Assembly (NCBI GenBank): GCA_030656575.1
Contig: JAUSPO010000190.1
Coordinates: forward strand, 1 to 63,468
Source: Bacillota bacterium
Lineage (GTDB): Bacteria > Bacillota > Dethiobacteria > DTU022 > UBA8154
DNA length: 63,468 bases
Direction of reading: 5' to 3'
Under the pieces are notes generated by a model, which saw only the letters and a list, made by a program, of their open reading frames with translations, did not search any database and was not told the DNA's origin. Positions 1-7,590 of the stretch are shown here, one piece after another. Made by a program: the position numbers and the translations under genes. Within the stretch, counting starts at the first letter, position 1; each line of letters begins with the position of its first letter.

Positions 1-70
1 ACGATAGCTGCAGAAAAATAATTAATTTTCTGGGATTAGCTGAGAGTTTCTTTGCGTGGAGTGGAGACGG

Positions 71-379
71 CTAGCCTGTTTTGGTTGGTATATATTTACT
101 ATTGCAATACTTCGGGGTATTATGCGGAATATGAGATATAAAGTCCACCGCTCCCAAAGACAAGGCTTCCACCGTAATCTTGTTTCCTCTGCTGGTGTGA
201 CTGCTGACCATAATTACAGGCATGGGGTTTTCCGTCATAATCTTCTTCAATGTATCGATGCCGTTAAGCTTTGGCATATCCACGTCCAGAGTAAGCACGT
301 CGGGCTTGTATTTTTTGATCTTTTCTAATGCGTCTTCACCGTCGCGTGCAGTAGCGATAAGTGTAAGTTCATCATCACT
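71..379 (-). pseudogene. cheB: CheB methylesterase remnant: receiver domain only. It lacks about the first 25 codons and the whole catalytic domain.
   Basis: Minus-strand translation SDDELTLIATARDGEDALEKIKKYKPDVLTLDVDMPKLNGIDTLKKIMTENPMPVIMVSSHTSRGNKITVEALSLGAVDF fits the CheB REC signature (PVIMVSS..T..AL..GAxDF). The frame is closed by TAA at 380-382, and the ORF stops at 71 just after the REC domain. Confidence 0.75.
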
Positions 380-391
380 TTAAACTCCTTT

Positions 392-616
392 AACCCGGCT
401 AAGTTTGCCGATACGGCAGTACCCTTTTTAATAAAGGAAATGTCAAGGATTGGCGGTGCAAGGCCCCGCTTTAAGGCCAAAATTGCCGGAGGCGGACGTC
501 TTTTTACTTTCAAAAAGGCCGGGATTAGTGTAGGGGAAAAAAATGTGGAAGCGGTAAGGAAGGTCCTGACTCAGCTGGGAATTCCACTCAGAGGGGAAGA
601 TGTGGGGGGCGCTCAC
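392..616 (+). pseudogene. cheD: Internal CheD (chemoreceptor glutamine deamidase) fragment, inverted relative to all neighbouring genes
   Basis: Plus-strand translation NPAKFADTAVPFLIKEMSRIGGARPRFKAKIAGGGRLFTFKKAGISVGEKNVEAVRKVLTQLGIPLRGEDVGGAH matches the CheD core pattern (KYADTA...AKIAGGAxMF...IGxRN...GI...EDVGG). The N-terminal and C-terminal parts are absent. Confidence 0.7.
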
Positions 617-1125
617 GAAGTCTTCAAGAAAACTACCTTATCATCGATAATGTTGGCTTCAGCCATAACTGTTGAAATGATAGCCCCGGACATATCAACA
701 GCTATTTCAGGCGGAGAAGGCATTAACTGCAGATCGGTAATAAAGGAAAGGGCATTTAAATACGATCCCGTCAAAATATTTCCTACCTCAATTAATGCAG
801 ATAATCCCATCTCATCGAAATCTCCCATTGAACCGGGAACAAGCGTAGAAATCAGCCTGGATGCGCTTTCCATAGGTAATACAAATAAGATCGTTAAGCT
901 TAAATCTCCGTGAGATTCAATATAGACACCGGCTACAGGCAGCTCTGCTCCTCCTAACAAATCTGGAAGGTCTTGAAGAAGCACAAGGTCCACAACTGGG
1001 ACATCCATTCCTATTTTTTCTTCATTAAGCATTTGTGAGAGCGAAGTGACTGCATTGCCCACACCGATATTCGCTAATTCCCTAAGCACGTCAAGTTTAT
1101 TCTCATTGAGCCTTTCTTCCCCCAA
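613..1125 (-). CDS. cheC: CheC-family CheY-P phosphatase, 3'-truncated by roughly 35-40 codons compared with B. subtilis CheC
   Basis: 170-aa ORF with LDVLRELANIGVGNAVTSLS and SALIEVGNILTGSYLNAL (the two CheC E-x2-N helices). The ORF ends ...IIDDKVVFLKTS* exactly at the junction with the inverted cheD fragment. Confidence 0.8.
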   Translation of the reverse strand: MGEERLNENKLDVLRELANIGVGNAVTSLSQMLNEEKIGMDVPVVDLVLLQDLPDLLGGAELPVAGVYIESHGDLSLTILFVLPMESASRLISTLVPGSMGDFDEMGLSALIEVGNILTGSYLNALSFITDLQLMPSPPEIAVDMSGAIISTVMAEANIIDDKVVFLKTS

Positions 1126-1171
1126 AGCTTCACCTCCAATAGATCTGCTCTCCCGTCACAACTCTTAGTTG

Positions 1172-1537
1172 CTAGCTGCTCCCTACTTTTTGTAAAGCTT
1201 CTACAATACGGTCGGGTTGAAAAGGTTTTACAATAAAATCTTTTGCACCTGAATTTAATGCATCAATAACAAGCGTTTTCTGACCCATAGCGCTGACCAC
1301 GACGATTTTTGCCTCAGGGTCATTCTTCATAATTCTTTTTATGGCCTCGATCCCATCCATATTCGGCATTGTAATACCCATGGTAACCAGATCCGGCTTT
1401 ACATTTGAATACATCTCCACAGCCTGCAGTCCATCTTCCGCCTCCGCAATAACCTCAAAACCGTTTTTTTCTAATACATTGCGCAGAGTCATGCGCATAA
1501 ATGCGGTATCATCAGCAATTAATACTTTTAGTCCCAA
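1172..1537 (-). CDS. cheY: CheY-like single-domain response regulator with Gly at the phospho-acceptor position (D54G)
   Basis: Near-colinear by eye with B. subtilis CheY (KVLIADDTAFMRM...PDLVTMGITMPNMDG...VSAMGQ...AKDFIVKPF). Likely TTG start at 1537, preceded by GGGAGGG. The codon at 1376-1378 is GGT where the family has GAT. Confidence 0.85.
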   Translation of the reverse strand: MGLKVLIADDTAFMRMTLRNVLEKNGFEVIAEAEDGLQAVEMYSNVKPDLVTMGITMPNMDGIEAIKRIMKNDPEAKIVVVSAMGQKTLVIDALNSGAKDFIVKPFQPDRIVEALQKVGSS

Positions 1538-1538
1538 A

Positions 1539-2536
1539 CTAAACCCTCCCATCTTCAAGCAAACTGGCAACATCCAGGATGAGAGTAACCCTTCCGTCTT
1601 CCAGGACCGTAGCACCGGCAATTCCTTTAATATCGTTAATAAATCTGCTAAGAGATTTTATCACGATTTCCTGCTGGCCCAGGAGTTCATCAACAATTAG
1701 ACCGGCTTTCTTATCACCGGCCTCTACGATGACCACCGGATAGACTTCCTGCTCCTCGAATTCACCCATGCCCAGGCTTTCTTTTAAACAATAAAGAGGT
1801 AAAACCTCGTCCCTGAGGGTAATAACCTTTCCCTGCTGAATCGTCTTTATATCCTCCGGTTCCACGAAAAGATTTTCCCGGATAGCTTCAATGGGTATAG
1901 CATAGGTTTCTTTTGCCGATTCAACCATAAGGGCTCTAATAATAGCCAAGGTCAGGGGAAGCCTCAGAACAAACTGGAACCCTTACCGGGTTCACTCTTA
2001 ACCTCCACAGTGCCGTTAAGGGCTTCTATGGAAGTCTTGACTACATCCATTCCCACGCCGCGCCCGGAGATATCGGTAACCTCTTTGGACGTACTGAAAC
2101 CGCTGTGGAAAATAAGACGGATAGCCTCCTCAGTCCCCATTTTTTCTTTTTCTTCCTTTGTGATCAGCTTTTTCTCCAATGCCCTGGCTTTAATTACTTC
2201 TGCATCGATTCCTCTGCCGTCATCCTCCACGCTTACAACTACATGGCTTCCTTCGTGGTGCGCTTCGTGAAGCTGCTGTTGGGACAGGCTTTGTTAACCT
2301 GCTTTTTGAGGCGGTTCTGTGCGCAGCTTGTCCAGGAGGCTTTCCATCTCGTGGGTCAATTCCATGATAAGGTCGTAACCCATAGTGCCTGCCATACCTT
2401 TCAGACTGTGCGCAGCGCGAAACATTTCTGTCAACTGTTCATTGTCAGGTTTCTTTTCCATTTCCAAGAGAAGCTGGCTGATACTCTGTAAATATTCATG
2501 AGCTTCCGCCAGAAAAAGATCCCTGTATTCATCCAT
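1539..2536 (-). pseudogene. cheA: CheA histidine kinase remnant: P1/Hpt stub, distal half of P4 (G1/F/G2 boxes) and P5
   Basis: Three ORF pieces. (1) 2294-2536, Hpt with FRAAHSLKGMAG. (2) 1964-2230, DDGRGID...HSGFST...GRGVGMDVV. (3) 1539-1949, LPLTLAII...CheW-like. The total is about 1 kb against about 2 kb for intact cheA. There is an in-frame TAA at 2294-2296 and a 1-nt frameshift near 1973-1976. Confidence 0.85.
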
Positions 2537-2567
2537 CTGCTCATCATCCCGTCAGTCTTCAGTAAAC

Positions 2568-3068
2568 TTAAGCTTTTGCGCTTTCCATATCATTGAGAGT
2601 GACCTCATCAAGGACTATTCTTTCTTCAGTTGTGAGAATCTTTTCCAGGTTTAGCACAATCAGCAGGCGTTCGGCAATTTTACCCACCCCTTTAATCAGA
2701 TCCGTGCGTGTTCCAGCTACTCTCGATGGGGGAAGCTGGATAACTGAAGAGGCAAGGCGGAGAACTTCCGTAACAGAGTCCACGATCAAACCCACGTTGT
2801 TATCTTGAATTTCAACAATAATAATCCTAGTTTTTCCATTTCTTTCACCTGCAGGAAGCTCAAATCGCTTACGCAGGTCCACCACTGGAATTACTTCTCC
2901 TCTCAAGTTAATGATCCCCTCGATAAAAGATGCTGACTGGGGCAGGGGGGTCACCTGGGGCATCTTTAATACTTCCCGAACCTGGTGAATATCAATGGCA
3001 AACTCTTCTTTTTCAAGCTTAAAAGCTACCATCTGCACTTCAGAAGCCGCCTCATTCTTTGTGTTCAT
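2568..3068 (-). CDS. cheW: CheW coupling protein
   Basis: 166-aa intact ORF with a CheW-like domain (FAIDIHQVREV...IINLRGEVIPVVDLRKRF...VGLIVDSVTEVL). Confidence 0.9.
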   Translation of the reverse strand: MNTKNEAASEVQMVAFKLEKEEFAIDIHQVREVLKMPQVTPLPQSASFIEGIINLRGEVIPVVDLRKRFELPAGERNGKTRIIIVEIQDNNVGLIVDSVTEVLRLASSVIQLPPSRVAGTRTDLIKGVGKIAERLLIVLNLEKILTTEERIVLDEVTLNDMESAKA

Positions 3069-3094
3069 TAAGTTTCGCCCCTTTAAAAGTATAA

Positions 3095-4798
3095 TCAGGA
3101 CCGAACCATCTCTATAATTTTGACCCCAAACTGACCGTTTACGAGGACCACCTCCCCCCTGGCCACCAGGCGTTCGTTGGCAAAAAGCTCAACAGGCTCT
3201 CCCAGGTAGTGATCCATACTCAAAACATCCCCTGGATGCAGGGAAAATATTTTTTTTAACGGAAGCCTTGTTCTCCCAAGAATAACACTGATCTCCACAG
3301 CAATATCCTTAATCAAATTGATCTTCTCGTATTCTTCCTGCCGCAAACCGTAATCTTTCTTTTCATCAGTATTTTGAAACTTATGACCTTCTCCTGTATA
3401 AAAAAACTCCGCCTCCAGAGGCGTTTCTGTATATATTTTTGCTGCTTCAGCAATGGCCACTTCCTCTGAAAGAGCAGCGGCCGCCTGATCAAAAGGTGTT
3501 TCTTGCCAGATATCAGAACCGGATGGATCCTGCAGTACCTGCGCAGAATTTGCCAGGTTATCAAGAAGGAAAGAGGCTGTTTCGTTGCCATAATCAACAG
3601 GTATTAACTGCAACAGTTCACTGTCCAGGGAACCATCTACCACCATTCGAAAAGCTATCTGAATCATCGCCGTATCGTCTTCTGTATCTTCCAATTTAAG
3701 ACTCTCATTTTTTAAGTCCATGTAAGCTATTTTAGGCGTGGATATATCAATTTGACGGTGAAAAAGTTCCGCCATAGCCGTAGCCGAAGAACCCATCATC
3801 TGGTTCATGGCCTCACTGATGCCTGAAATCTCCAGTTCACCCATCTCAGCAGGCACCTGCGGGGGTTCCATTCCCATCATCAATCCTACAATAACAAGGG
3901 CATCTTCCTCTTTGATGATAAAAAGATTAACCCCGTTCAATCCTTTAACGTAGTTTACAGTGACAACAAGGCAGGGTAACGGATAAGATTCCCTTACTTC
4001 TTCCATTGTTACAAGGGTCACCCTGGGGGCAGTAATCTCCACTTTTCTGTTAACAAGCTGAGAAAGAGCCGTCGCTGCGGCCCCAAGGGAAATATTTCCC
4101 ACCTCCGCAAGAGCATCTTTTTTATCTTCATCCAGTAATCCATCCAGTTTATCTTCTTCCCCAATTAGGGCGGCGATCTCATCAGGCTCCATGTAACCCT
4201 GAAGAAGAGTGGACGTGATTTTTTTTGCAAATGAAACCGGAAGTATCTGAAAGAATCTACCCGCAGGAAAGTCACCCACTTCGAGGCTATAATCCAACTT
4301 TAAAACGGGTTCAGATTCACCTATGCCATCCAGATTTATTTCTCCTCCCTGGAAGTTCGTGCAGGTTAACGATGGAGGAGAAACTTCCACAACCGAGCTC
4401 AAAAAATTAGAAATGGCAGTAGCAACAGAACCCATCATGAGGTTCATTGCTTCACTAAGTGCGCTCATCTCAATCTCGCTCAGTTCCGTAGAACCCTTTT
4501 CGAAATCCATGCCCATCATCAGCGATGCAATCAGAGAAGCATCGTCCAACTTAAAAATATAGAGATTTTCCCCTGTCAATCCATTGTTATAATTTACACT
4601 GGCCACAAGGCTGTCAGAGGAGTATTCCTCCCTGAACCGTGCCATGGAAATTAATGAGAGTATAGGACTTGCAATCTTTACGGGACAGTTAACCATGCCG
4701 GAGAGGGATGTGGCTGAAGAACCCAGGGAGACACTCATTACTTCCGCCAGTGTATCTCTTTCCATGCTATTGAAAACATCATCGAGCTGCTTGTCCAT
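3095..4798 (-). CDS. fliY: FliY switch protein with two tandem complete CheC-like domains plus a C-terminal FliN/SpoA domain
   Basis: 567 aa. There are four CheC-type helices (DTLAEVMSVSLG, SALSEAMNLMMG, DALAEVGNISLG, SGISEAMNQMMG). The C-terminus ISVILGRTRLPLKKIFSLHPGDVLSMD...GEVVLVNGQFGVKI is FliN-like. Confidence 0.85.
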   Translation of the reverse strand: MDKQLDDVFNSMERDTLAEVMSVSLGSSATSLSGMVNCPVKIASPILSLISMARFREEYSSDSLVASVNYNNGLTGENLYIFKLDDASLIASLMMGMDFEKGSTELSEIEMSALSEAMNLMMGSVATAISNFLSSVVEVSPPSLTCTNFQGGEINLDGIGESEPVLKLDYSLEVGDFPAGRFFQILPVSFAKKITSTLLQGYMEPDEIAALIGEEDKLDGLLDEDKKDALAEVGNISLGAAATALSQLVNRKVEITAPRVTLVTMEEVRESYPLPCLVVTVNYVKGLNGVNLFIIKEEDALVIVGLMMGMEPPQVPAEMGELEISGISEAMNQMMGSSATAMAELFHRQIDISTPKIAYMDLKNESLKLEDTEDDTAMIQIAFRMVVDGSLDSELLQLIPVDYGNETASFLLDNLANSAQVLQDPSGSDIWQETPFDQAAAALSEEVAIAEAAKIYTETPLEAEFFYTGEGHKFQNTDEKKDYGLRQEEYEKINLIKDIAVEISVILGRTRLPLKKIFSLHPGDVLSMDHYLGEPVELFANERLVARGEVVLVNGQFGVKIIEMVRS

Positions 4799-4808
4799 TT
4801 TTATCTGC

Positions 4809-5189
4809 TCACCCTAATTTTTTTATTCTTTCCACCGGTTCTATGATATGGGTAATTTTAATACCAAAGTTCTCTTCAATTACAACTACCTCGCCCCGGG
4901 CAATTAGCTTTCCTCCTGTATAAATTTCAACAGGATCATTAATGCCACGGTTCAATTCAACGACGACGCCGGGGGAGATTTTCCTGACTTCATTTAGATT
5001 TTTTTTCACTTCCCCGAGGCGTATAGAAAGGACCAGGGGAAAATCCAGAATTAATGCCAGGTTCGGGGGTGACTCCTCTTCATTATCGGAAGTATCGATC
5101 TTAATATCTTTAACAGAAGAGTTACCGGTTTGATCTTTTTTGCCAAGAAGAGCATCAATCTCCTCCTGTGATAAAAAACCATCAGGCAT
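4809..5189 (-). CDS. fliN: FliN flagellar motor switch protein
   Basis: Start at MPDGFLSQEEIDALLGK, overlapping the fliM stop by 8 nt. The C-terminus LSIRLGEVKKNLNEVRKISPGVVVEL...GEVVVIEENFGIKIT is the FliN/SpoA fold signature. Confidence 0.85.
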   Translation of the reverse strand: MPDGFLSQEEIDALLGKKDQTGNSSVKDIKIDTSDNEEESPPNLALILDFPLVLSIRLGEVKKNLNEVRKISPGVVVELNRGINDPVEIYTGGKLIARGEVVVIEENFGIKITHIIEPVERIKKLG

Positions 5190-6210
5190 GATTTTCTTCC
5201 TCCTCATTGGCCCATTTTGTAATCTGTAAAGCCAGATTCTGTCCATGAGCCCCAGGCTGACCTTTAAACAAAAGCTGTCCTTCCACCAAAATCTCCAGAT
5301 CCTCACCTTCCTGGCGGGAAAGCTGAATAATATCCCCTTCCTGAAATTGAAGAAAATCATGAAGCGTGATCGTGGTACGACCCAAAATCACACTGAGATC
5401 AACACTCACTTTTTCCAGCTGTTTGAGGATAACGCTGTCGTGAAACTGAAAACCACCTTTGTTTGGCTGCTTAAACCAAAATTGAGCTGTCAGTTTAGGC
5501 ATTATTTTCTCCAGGGTAATATAAGGAAAGCAGAGATTTATAAGCCCGTAGTTGTCCCTTATCTGAGTAGAAAAGGTAAGCAGCACCACTGTTTCTGTAG
5601 AGGCGAACATCTGGTTAAACTGAGGATTAGTATCCATGTTCTCCACAACGGGCGTCAGCCCCGCAATATCTTCCCACACATAGCGAAGATTTTGCAAAAG
5701 CTTGGTGTTGATCTGGCGCATAACAGAAATTTCAATTTCAGTGAGTTCCCTTACCTGTTTTGGAACACGGCCTTCGCCTCCAAATACAATATCAATAAGA
5801 GGAAAAACAAAAGAAGAGTTGGTCTCAAGCATGGCATTGCCCATTTCCTGATTCATATTGAAAACAGTGACAAGCGTGGGTAAAGGAAGAGAGAGAACAA
5901 ACTCCTCATAAGTAACCTGGCTTACTGAAGCCAGTTGTACCTGCACAGGGACCCTCAGATAAGCTGACAAAAAGTTTCCCAGTATCCGAGCATAATTATC
6001 ATGGATAAACTGTAAGGTCCTCATTTGTTCCTTGGAAAACTTGCTGGGGCGGCGAAAATCGTAGCTCCGGCAATCAGAAACTTCTTCGGCGCCTCCCTGA
6101 TCTTCAAATTTCACAGAGCTCAGAGCAGAAATAAGAGAATCAATTTCAGACTGGGATAAAACATCCTTGTTCAGACTCACCAGCCTCCGTTCTTTATGTC
6201 TTTTGCTCAC
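5182..6210 (-). CDS. fliM: FliM flagellar motor switch protein
   Basis: 342-aa ORF with the N-terminal LSQSEIDSL CheY-P binding peptide and a FliM middle domain. The true start may be the GTG at 6180, which follows GGAGG. Confidence 0.9.
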   Translation of the reverse strand: MSKRHKERRLVSLNKDVLSQSEIDSLISALSSVKFEDQGGAEEVSDCRSYDFRRPSKFSKEQMRTLQFIHDNYARILGNFLSAYLRVPVQVQLASVSQVTYEEFVLSLPLPTLVTVFNMNQEMGNAMLETNSSFVFPLIDIVFGGEGRVPKQVRELTEIEISVMRQINTKLLQNLRYVWEDIAGLTPVVENMDTNPQFNQMFASTETVVLLTFSTQIRDNYGLINLCFPYITLEKIMPKLTAQFWFKQPNKGGFQFHDSVILKQLEKVSVDLSVILGRTTITLHDFLQFQEGDIIQLSRQEGEDLEILVEGQLLFKGQPGAHGQNLALQITKWANEEEENHA

Positions 6211-6278
6211 TATTCTTTATATTTTAACATAAATCAACAATTTTCGGAAGAAAGAATTGGTAAAAATGAATGAATTCG

Positions 6279-6367
6279 TTTCAGCAAAGCTGAAACATCA
6301 GGGAATCAGGTGGAGAATCTACTCCACCTGATTGAAAAGTCCCACCTACGCTACGCTTAGAGGTGGG
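6279..6367 (-). other. Three consecutive stem-loops in the 320-nt flgG-fliM spacer. The last one could be a weak terminator.
   Basis: TTTCAGC/GCTGAAA (6279-6295). A perfect 12-bp AATCAGGTGGAG/CTCCACCTGATT (6304-6333). CCCACCT/AGGTGGG (6341-6367), followed on the minus strand by ACTTTTC. Confidence 0.5.
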
Positions 6368-6477
6368 GGTCTTAAACCCAAAAGAAAAACCAAAATTAAA
6401 ATGTTAGAAACTAGGCGGGGGTGAATGCTGAGTCTGTTATCTGTTTCCGGCAGATGTCGAAGCCTTTAGTAAGCACC

Positions 6478-6527
6478 GTTTTCTCTCATTCTGACTTCTG
6501 ACTACTGACTTCTGACTACTAAGTTAG
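6478..6527. repeat. Heptamer tandem repeat (CTGACTT/CTGACTA x4-5) with the conserved flanking box GTTTTCTCTCATTCT
   Basis: Read directly: gttttctctcattCTGACTTCTGACTACTGACTTCTGACTACTAAGTT, immediately downstream of the flgG stop. Confidence 0.9.
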
Positions 6528-6531
6528 TTAA

Positions 6532-7371
6532 TTACGTCTGCAGATTCAAAGTAATGCCCCAAATTTCGTCGGCAGCAGTCAAAGCCCTGGCTGAAGCCTG
6601 CAGGGCCCTCTGGCCAAGAATGAGCATCGTCATCTGCCGGGAGATTTCAACGTTTGCTTCTTCAAGGTAACCCTGCCTGATTTGACCGAAACCATTGTCT
6701 CCCCCCACACCTTCCTGAGGTGGGCCGGTGGCTTCCGAAGGCAGAAAAAGGTTTCCTCCAAGGGAAGAAAGGCTCTGGGGGTTTGTGAATCGGTAGAGAG
6801 TCAGCTTCCCCAGTTCTATGGCCACCTGGGAAAACCCTCCTTCTTCACCTACCTTAAGTTCATCCCCCGCTTTCCGCACAGCATAAGCATAGATACTGCC
6901 CTCCGGAGTCACGTTAAGGGAAGAAAAATCTATCTCGTCTTCCATATCCTGAAAATCCAGGGAAAGATCCAGCCGGGACCCCCCGCTTAAGGAGAGGTTA
7001 CCCTCTGCGTCCATCGTAAAATTTCCGCTGCGGGTGTAGGCATAACTTCCATCAGGCCTGACCACCCGAAAAAAACCCTCTCCTGCAACAGCCATGTCCC
7101 ATTGGTTTTTCGACGGTGAAAGGATCCCCGCATCAAATGATGCGGTCACGCTGGACAAAGCAACCCCGCTCCCGTTACGGAACTGGGCCGGAGAATTTCC
7201 CGAAGTAGGCAGTCGGCGCTGCGCCAGTCCCCTGTAAGGTAATTCGTGAAAAGAAACCTGCTTCTCCTTATAAGCATTACTGTTCACATTTGCAAGGTTA
7301 TGGGCAGTAACATCCAGCATCTGCTGATGCCCCCGTAAAGCTGTATAACTGTTTGAAATAGATTGCAGCAT
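6532..7371 (-). CDS. flgG: Flagellar basal-body rod protein, FlgG/FlgF family (distal rod-like)
   Basis: Starts MLQSISNSYTALRGHQQMLDVTAHNLANVNSNAYK (rod N-terminal signature). The C-terminus has GYLEEANVEISRQMTMLILGQRALQASA. The ATG at 7371 has a GGGTGG RBS. Confidence 0.85.
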   Translation of the reverse strand: MLQSISNSYTALRGHQQMLDVTAHNLANVNSNAYKEKQVSFHELPYRGLAQRRLPTSGNSPAQFRNGSGVALSSVTASFDAGILSPSKNQWDMAVAGEGFFRVVRPDGSYAYTRSGNFTMDAEGNLSLSGGSRLDLSLDFQDMEDEIDFSSLNVTPEGSIYAYAVRKAGDELKVGEEGGFSQVAIELGKLTLYRFTNPQSLSSLGGNLFLPSEATGPPQEGVGGDNGFGQIRQGYLEEANVEISRQMTMLILGQRALQASARALTAADEIWGITLNLQT

Positions 7372-7493
7372 TACACAACCACCCTTTAAAAGATTTTGGG
7401 TATTCAGGAGCCAGGAGAAATGCCTGAAGAATAACACCCGGAGAGACATAAACCTTCTCCACATTCTCGCTCTGACTCCTATCTCTTTCGCCT

Positions 7494-7558
7494 TTTCCCT
7501 TATTCTGACTCCTGACTCCTGACTACTAACTACTAACTACTAACTACTAACTACTATC
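7494..7558. repeat. Largest heptamer array: (CTGACTC)x2, CTGACTA, (CTAACTA)x4, with flanking box TTTTCCCTTATTCT
   Basis: Read directly in the 220-nt spacer between the two rod genes. Extra solitary CTGACTCCT copies lie at 7472-7480 and 7576-7584. Confidence 0.9.
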
Positions 7559-7590
7559 TTTTTCCACCGGACCACTGACTCCTGTTTTCG

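Noticed and set aside
325-513. 62-aa minus-strand ORF starting GTGATGATG after AAGGAG at the cheB/cheD junction.
   Set aside because: It reads antisense through the cheD fragment and shows no recognisable family. It is most likely a by-product of the rearrangement.
7494-7558. Tandem short repeats here (and at 6478-6527, 16845-16889, 48578-48625) considered as a CRISPR array.
   Set aside because: The units are 7 nt and contiguous with no spacers. No cas genes are in the window. The arrays lie inside operon spacers.
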